From positions 37,738 to 101,737 of the IMG/VR virus record IMGVR_UViG_3300021431_000092: DNA of 64,000 nt; one strand, given 5' to 3'. Within the stretch, counting starts at the first letter, position 1. Each line of letters opens with the position of its first letter. Of this stretch, positions 61,238-64,000 are shown piece by piece. Made by a program: the position numbers and the translations under genes. Origin of the DNA: a virus (lineage: Duplodnaviria; Caudoviricetes). The notes beneath the pieces were generated by a model, which did no database searches, was not told where the DNA came from, and saw only the letters and a list, made by a program, of their open reading frames with translations.

Positions 61238-62248
61238 TTATGCAGCCGCATCTGCCTTTGCCTTCTTAGATCTTGTTTTCTTGGTCTTCGGCTTTTCTTC
61301 CGATACCGGAGCGGGGTCGGGATCAGCGGGAGTTTCGGGAGCAGGTTCGGAAACCGCATCATCTTTCGTGAGCATTTCGATGAGCTTCTGCTTTTCCTCT
61401 GCTGTCATGCGGGAAACCTTATCAGCGGTAGCCTGATTGCTAAGCAGATTTTCCTGCCATTTCTTGCCGTCCTTCGTGAGATTCTTGGTTTCCACATCAT
61501 ACGCGCCGTTTGTCATGATTCTGCGAGACATATCGAACAGGAGCTTTACACACTGCCGCATATCAGCGGTTCTGACCTTATTGCGAGCGTTCTTATCGAC
61601 AGTTGTAAAACCGCAATCGAAATAGTTCGCATCGCAGGAGATAGCCTTCGCGCCATACTCCTCACCGATCATTGCGGAGATTACCTCTCTGATAACATCC
61701 AGAGTTTTGCGGGTAGACGGATTACCCGCCTTTTCACGAGCTTCCTTGCTCAGTTTGAAAAACTTTGCCAGATCCCTCTGATATGTCTCATCGTCTTTGC
61801 CGATATTGCAAGCAGTCGCACCGGTCTGATACAGGCATGCAAGTTCCGCCTTATACCGCCACGGGCGGGAGAGGTCTGTCGCCTTTTCCTTCGTACCCCA
61901 TACCTTCATCAGATCAATCAGGGATTCGTTCGGTTCGGTATACCATACCTTAGTTCCCTCGCGATCCTCAGACCGCACCGCAACTCCGATATAGGTAGAC
62001 CGCATGATGATTTTCCGCATCGCCGTAATACTGTCGACGCCGTCCATGCAGCGAAGGAGTTCGAGATCCTGAATGTGACCATTCAGTTCCTTCTTCAGAT
62101 CCTTCATTTCCTTTTCCAGCTTATTGAAAGTTGCGATTTCCTCGGCTTCGTTCATAGACTGCACGATAGCCTCAAGCTTTTCACGTTCCTGCGGAATCTG
62201 CACTTCAAGTTCTGCGATAGTCAGGAACTCTGTATTCTTCTTTGCCAT
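61238..62248 (-). CDS. early protein with coiled coil and Pro/Glu/Lys-rich tail
   Basis: ATG at 62248 with AAAGGAGG RBS. Confidence 0.65.
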   Translation of the reverse strand: MAKKNTEFLTIAELEVQIPQEREKLEAIVQSMNEAEEIATFNKLEKEMKDLKKELNGHIQDLELLRCMDGVDSITAMRKIIMRSTYIGVAVRSEDREGTKVWYTEPNESLIDLMKVWGTKEKATDLSRPWRYKAELACLYQTGATACNIGKDDETYQRDLAKFFKLSKEAREKAGNPSTRKTLDVIREVISAMIGEEYGAKAISCDANYFDCGFTTVDKNARNKVRTADMRQCVKLLFDMSRRIMTNGAYDVETKNLTKDGKKWQENLLSNQATADKVSRMTAEEKQKLIEMLTKDDAVSEPAPETPADPDPAPVSEEKPKTKKTRSKKAKADAAA

Positions 62249-62276
62249 GATAATACCTCCTTTGATATCTGGCTGA

Positions 62277-62923
62277 AAAACCGCACTATGGCGGCATGGT
62301 TTTTTATAGAGCCTTCGCTCATCTGAGCACACAAACGATTCTGCAAAACCGCACTGCCGCTTATGTACTCGGATGAGCGCATGAACTAAATCGCTCATGC
62401 GCCCTATAGCAAGGATGCAAAACCGCACAGTTTCGTAAAACCGCACCGCATCCATGATAAGCTTAATTGATTCGCAACAAATCCGAATGCATCAAATTCG
62501 CCTAGCGTATAAACACCAAGCGATACAGAAGTCTAAGCGCATAAGCGCCCGATTCCCATGCCGTCGGAAGTTGCAAAACCGCACTTTTATAGTGGTTACG
62601 ATCACTTCCACAATCCTACCTCATGCGGGCAATATGCCAGATCGACATATCATGTGTGGGGGTTTCACTAGCCCATACGCGCAAGCCTAACTCAAGCGCA
62701 CCAACGATACCGCATTACTGCTGATACCTCACCGCCGCCTTGTTTGTTATGCAATCAATGCATTGTTACAAAACCGTGCCGATTTGCAAAACCGCACAAT
62801 TCCGAAAAACCGCGCATATCTGCAAAACCGCACTATCTACGATTTGCATTATTGCAATGTGGGAGACAAGGTTCCCGCGATGCATACAATGAGTGTATGC
62901 TCCCTCAAGTTGTAAAACCGCAC
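62277..62923 (+). repeat. iteron-like AAAACCGCAC repeats
   Basis: Ten copies: 62277, 62345, 62419, 62437, 62575, 62770, 62788, 62806, 62824, 62914 (62770 and 62806 are variants). Confidence 0.8.
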
Positions 62924-63883
62924 TATGCGGGATTGAGCTATTGTCGTGATAGACATAATGTTCGCTATCACAAGACCAATGCGCTCAATAGAACGCACCG
63001 AACGTCCTTCGATGCGCTCGATCAGCGTATTGTGGCAGGCTCCTATTTTTACAATACTTCGCACAAACCAGATTTTTCGGTTCGCCTGCCATGAACCTTA
63101 TAATCCGGTTCATGTTGTAGCGACATCTCATGTCGCCTATCTGCAATTTTCCCACTTTACCCGATACCGGTTTACATGGGTAGGATGCAGACCTCCTTCG
63201 ATAATACCGTATGATTATCGAATCGAGAATGTAGTACATCGTATTGCTCCTTCTATGCTGAATTGATAGCATTCACTATCACAAGATCGTTCGGATTCAC
63301 TCCGAGCGATAGAGGAATAGTGCGCTCAATAGAGCACATCGAAAGTTATTCGGTGCGCTCGATCAGTGCATTATTCATTGATATATACGCCGCACGATTC
63401 CCGGCGCATATGCGATAATTCGAGCAATTCATTAAAAGTAATCCTGTCGTTATAGTTTTCATCGTTCCACCATATAACATGATGCTCGATTCGATAGATG
63501 ATACGATTAGGATACAATTTTCTGAATAGCTCGATCATCATTGTAATATCTTCGTATTGCATGATGATTCTCCTATTCGGGATTATTTGAGCAGCAATAG
63601 CACGCTCAATGAAGCGCACCCGGCGGGATGCGCTCGATCAGCGGGTTATTGTTTGAGAGATTTGCAGCCCCATGCGGATACTGCTACGCAGATAGCAATT
63701 GCTAATATAGTCATTATCAGCGTTATGCTATAGGGATCAATGGTTGTGGTATGCATTTGATAGGGGCAGTTTGCGTACTTATCCGTATAGCTTGCAGGTG
63801 CAAGGCTATCGAGATAGCACAGGAGTTTGATGATATTCGCCATGTCAATTCTCCTTCCGATGTTTATTCTCATATGACCGGTA

Positions 63884-64000
63884 AACGTGTCAACCGTCCG
63901 GCGGAATCTCTTCCGGAAGTAACCGGAACGTGTCAACCGTCCGGCGGAATCTCTTCCGGAAGTAACCGGAACGTGTCAACCGTCCGGCGGAATCTCTTCC
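63884..64000 (+). repeat. 43-bp perfect tandem repeat, at least 2.7 copies, runs off the window
   Basis: ACGTGTCAACC begins at 63885, 63928, 63971; the unit contains the palindrome CTTCCGGAAG. Confidence 0.9.

Larger units (their letters stand above)
61180..63643 (-). repeat. four dispersed conserved hairpin elements CGCTGATC-stem-YATTGAGCG
   Basis: Copies at 61180-61225, 62981-63027, 63322-63368, 63602-63643; stems covary, with G.U pairs favouring the - strand. Confidence 0.75.

Noticed and set aside
9000-62000. Long + strand ORFs (e.g. 14529-15188, 16537-17385, 42644-43357)
   Set aside because: Antisense shadows of well-supported - strand genes, with no recognisable motifs
63884-64000. 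CRISPR array
   Set aside because: Units are head-to-tail identical with no spacers; no cas operon in the window

Overview
A 64 kb segment of a large temperate phage of a Firmicute (Clostridia-like host inferred from sigmaA promoters, a Gram-positive LexA box, a GH25/CHAP lysin and a sporulation-type sigma factor), with SPbeta-like features (MrpR-like repressor, DnaE polymerase). On the + strand (1-6935) lie the end of the tail module and the lysis cassette. An intact attP (tRNA-Leu-like 3' core with arm repeats on both sides) and a tyrosine integrase follow. From 7.4 kb onward nearly everything is on the - strand: nucleotide metabolism (dUTPase, NrdD/NrdG/NrdH, FTR, ThyX-like, NT5C), replication (DnaE split by a group I intron with an HNH gene, primase, helicase, SSB, ERF), a lysogeny region, RNA repair genes (Thg1, RNA ligase), IscS, tRNA and tRNA-like genes, and an early region rich in repeats. 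Main discoveries: (1) a divergent retron-like reverse transcriptase (47015-48166) with an msr/msd-like ncRNA directly upstream (48182-48494) and a second, homologous, covarying orphan copy of that ncRNA 4.3 kb away (43512-43839) with a different middle segment, i.e. a candidate one-RT/multiple-template system with no obvious effector; (2) a complete phage-encoded ubiquitin-like operon (Ubl, E2-like, JAB, acidic protein, E1/ThiF) containing a CCA-ended mini-tRNA; (3) 14 dispersed small proteins, mostly SH3/KOW-like, sharing a C-terminal ELDxFFxEF-type tag; (4) several unexplained structured RNAs and repeat families. All calls come from manual motif reading; no database searches were run.
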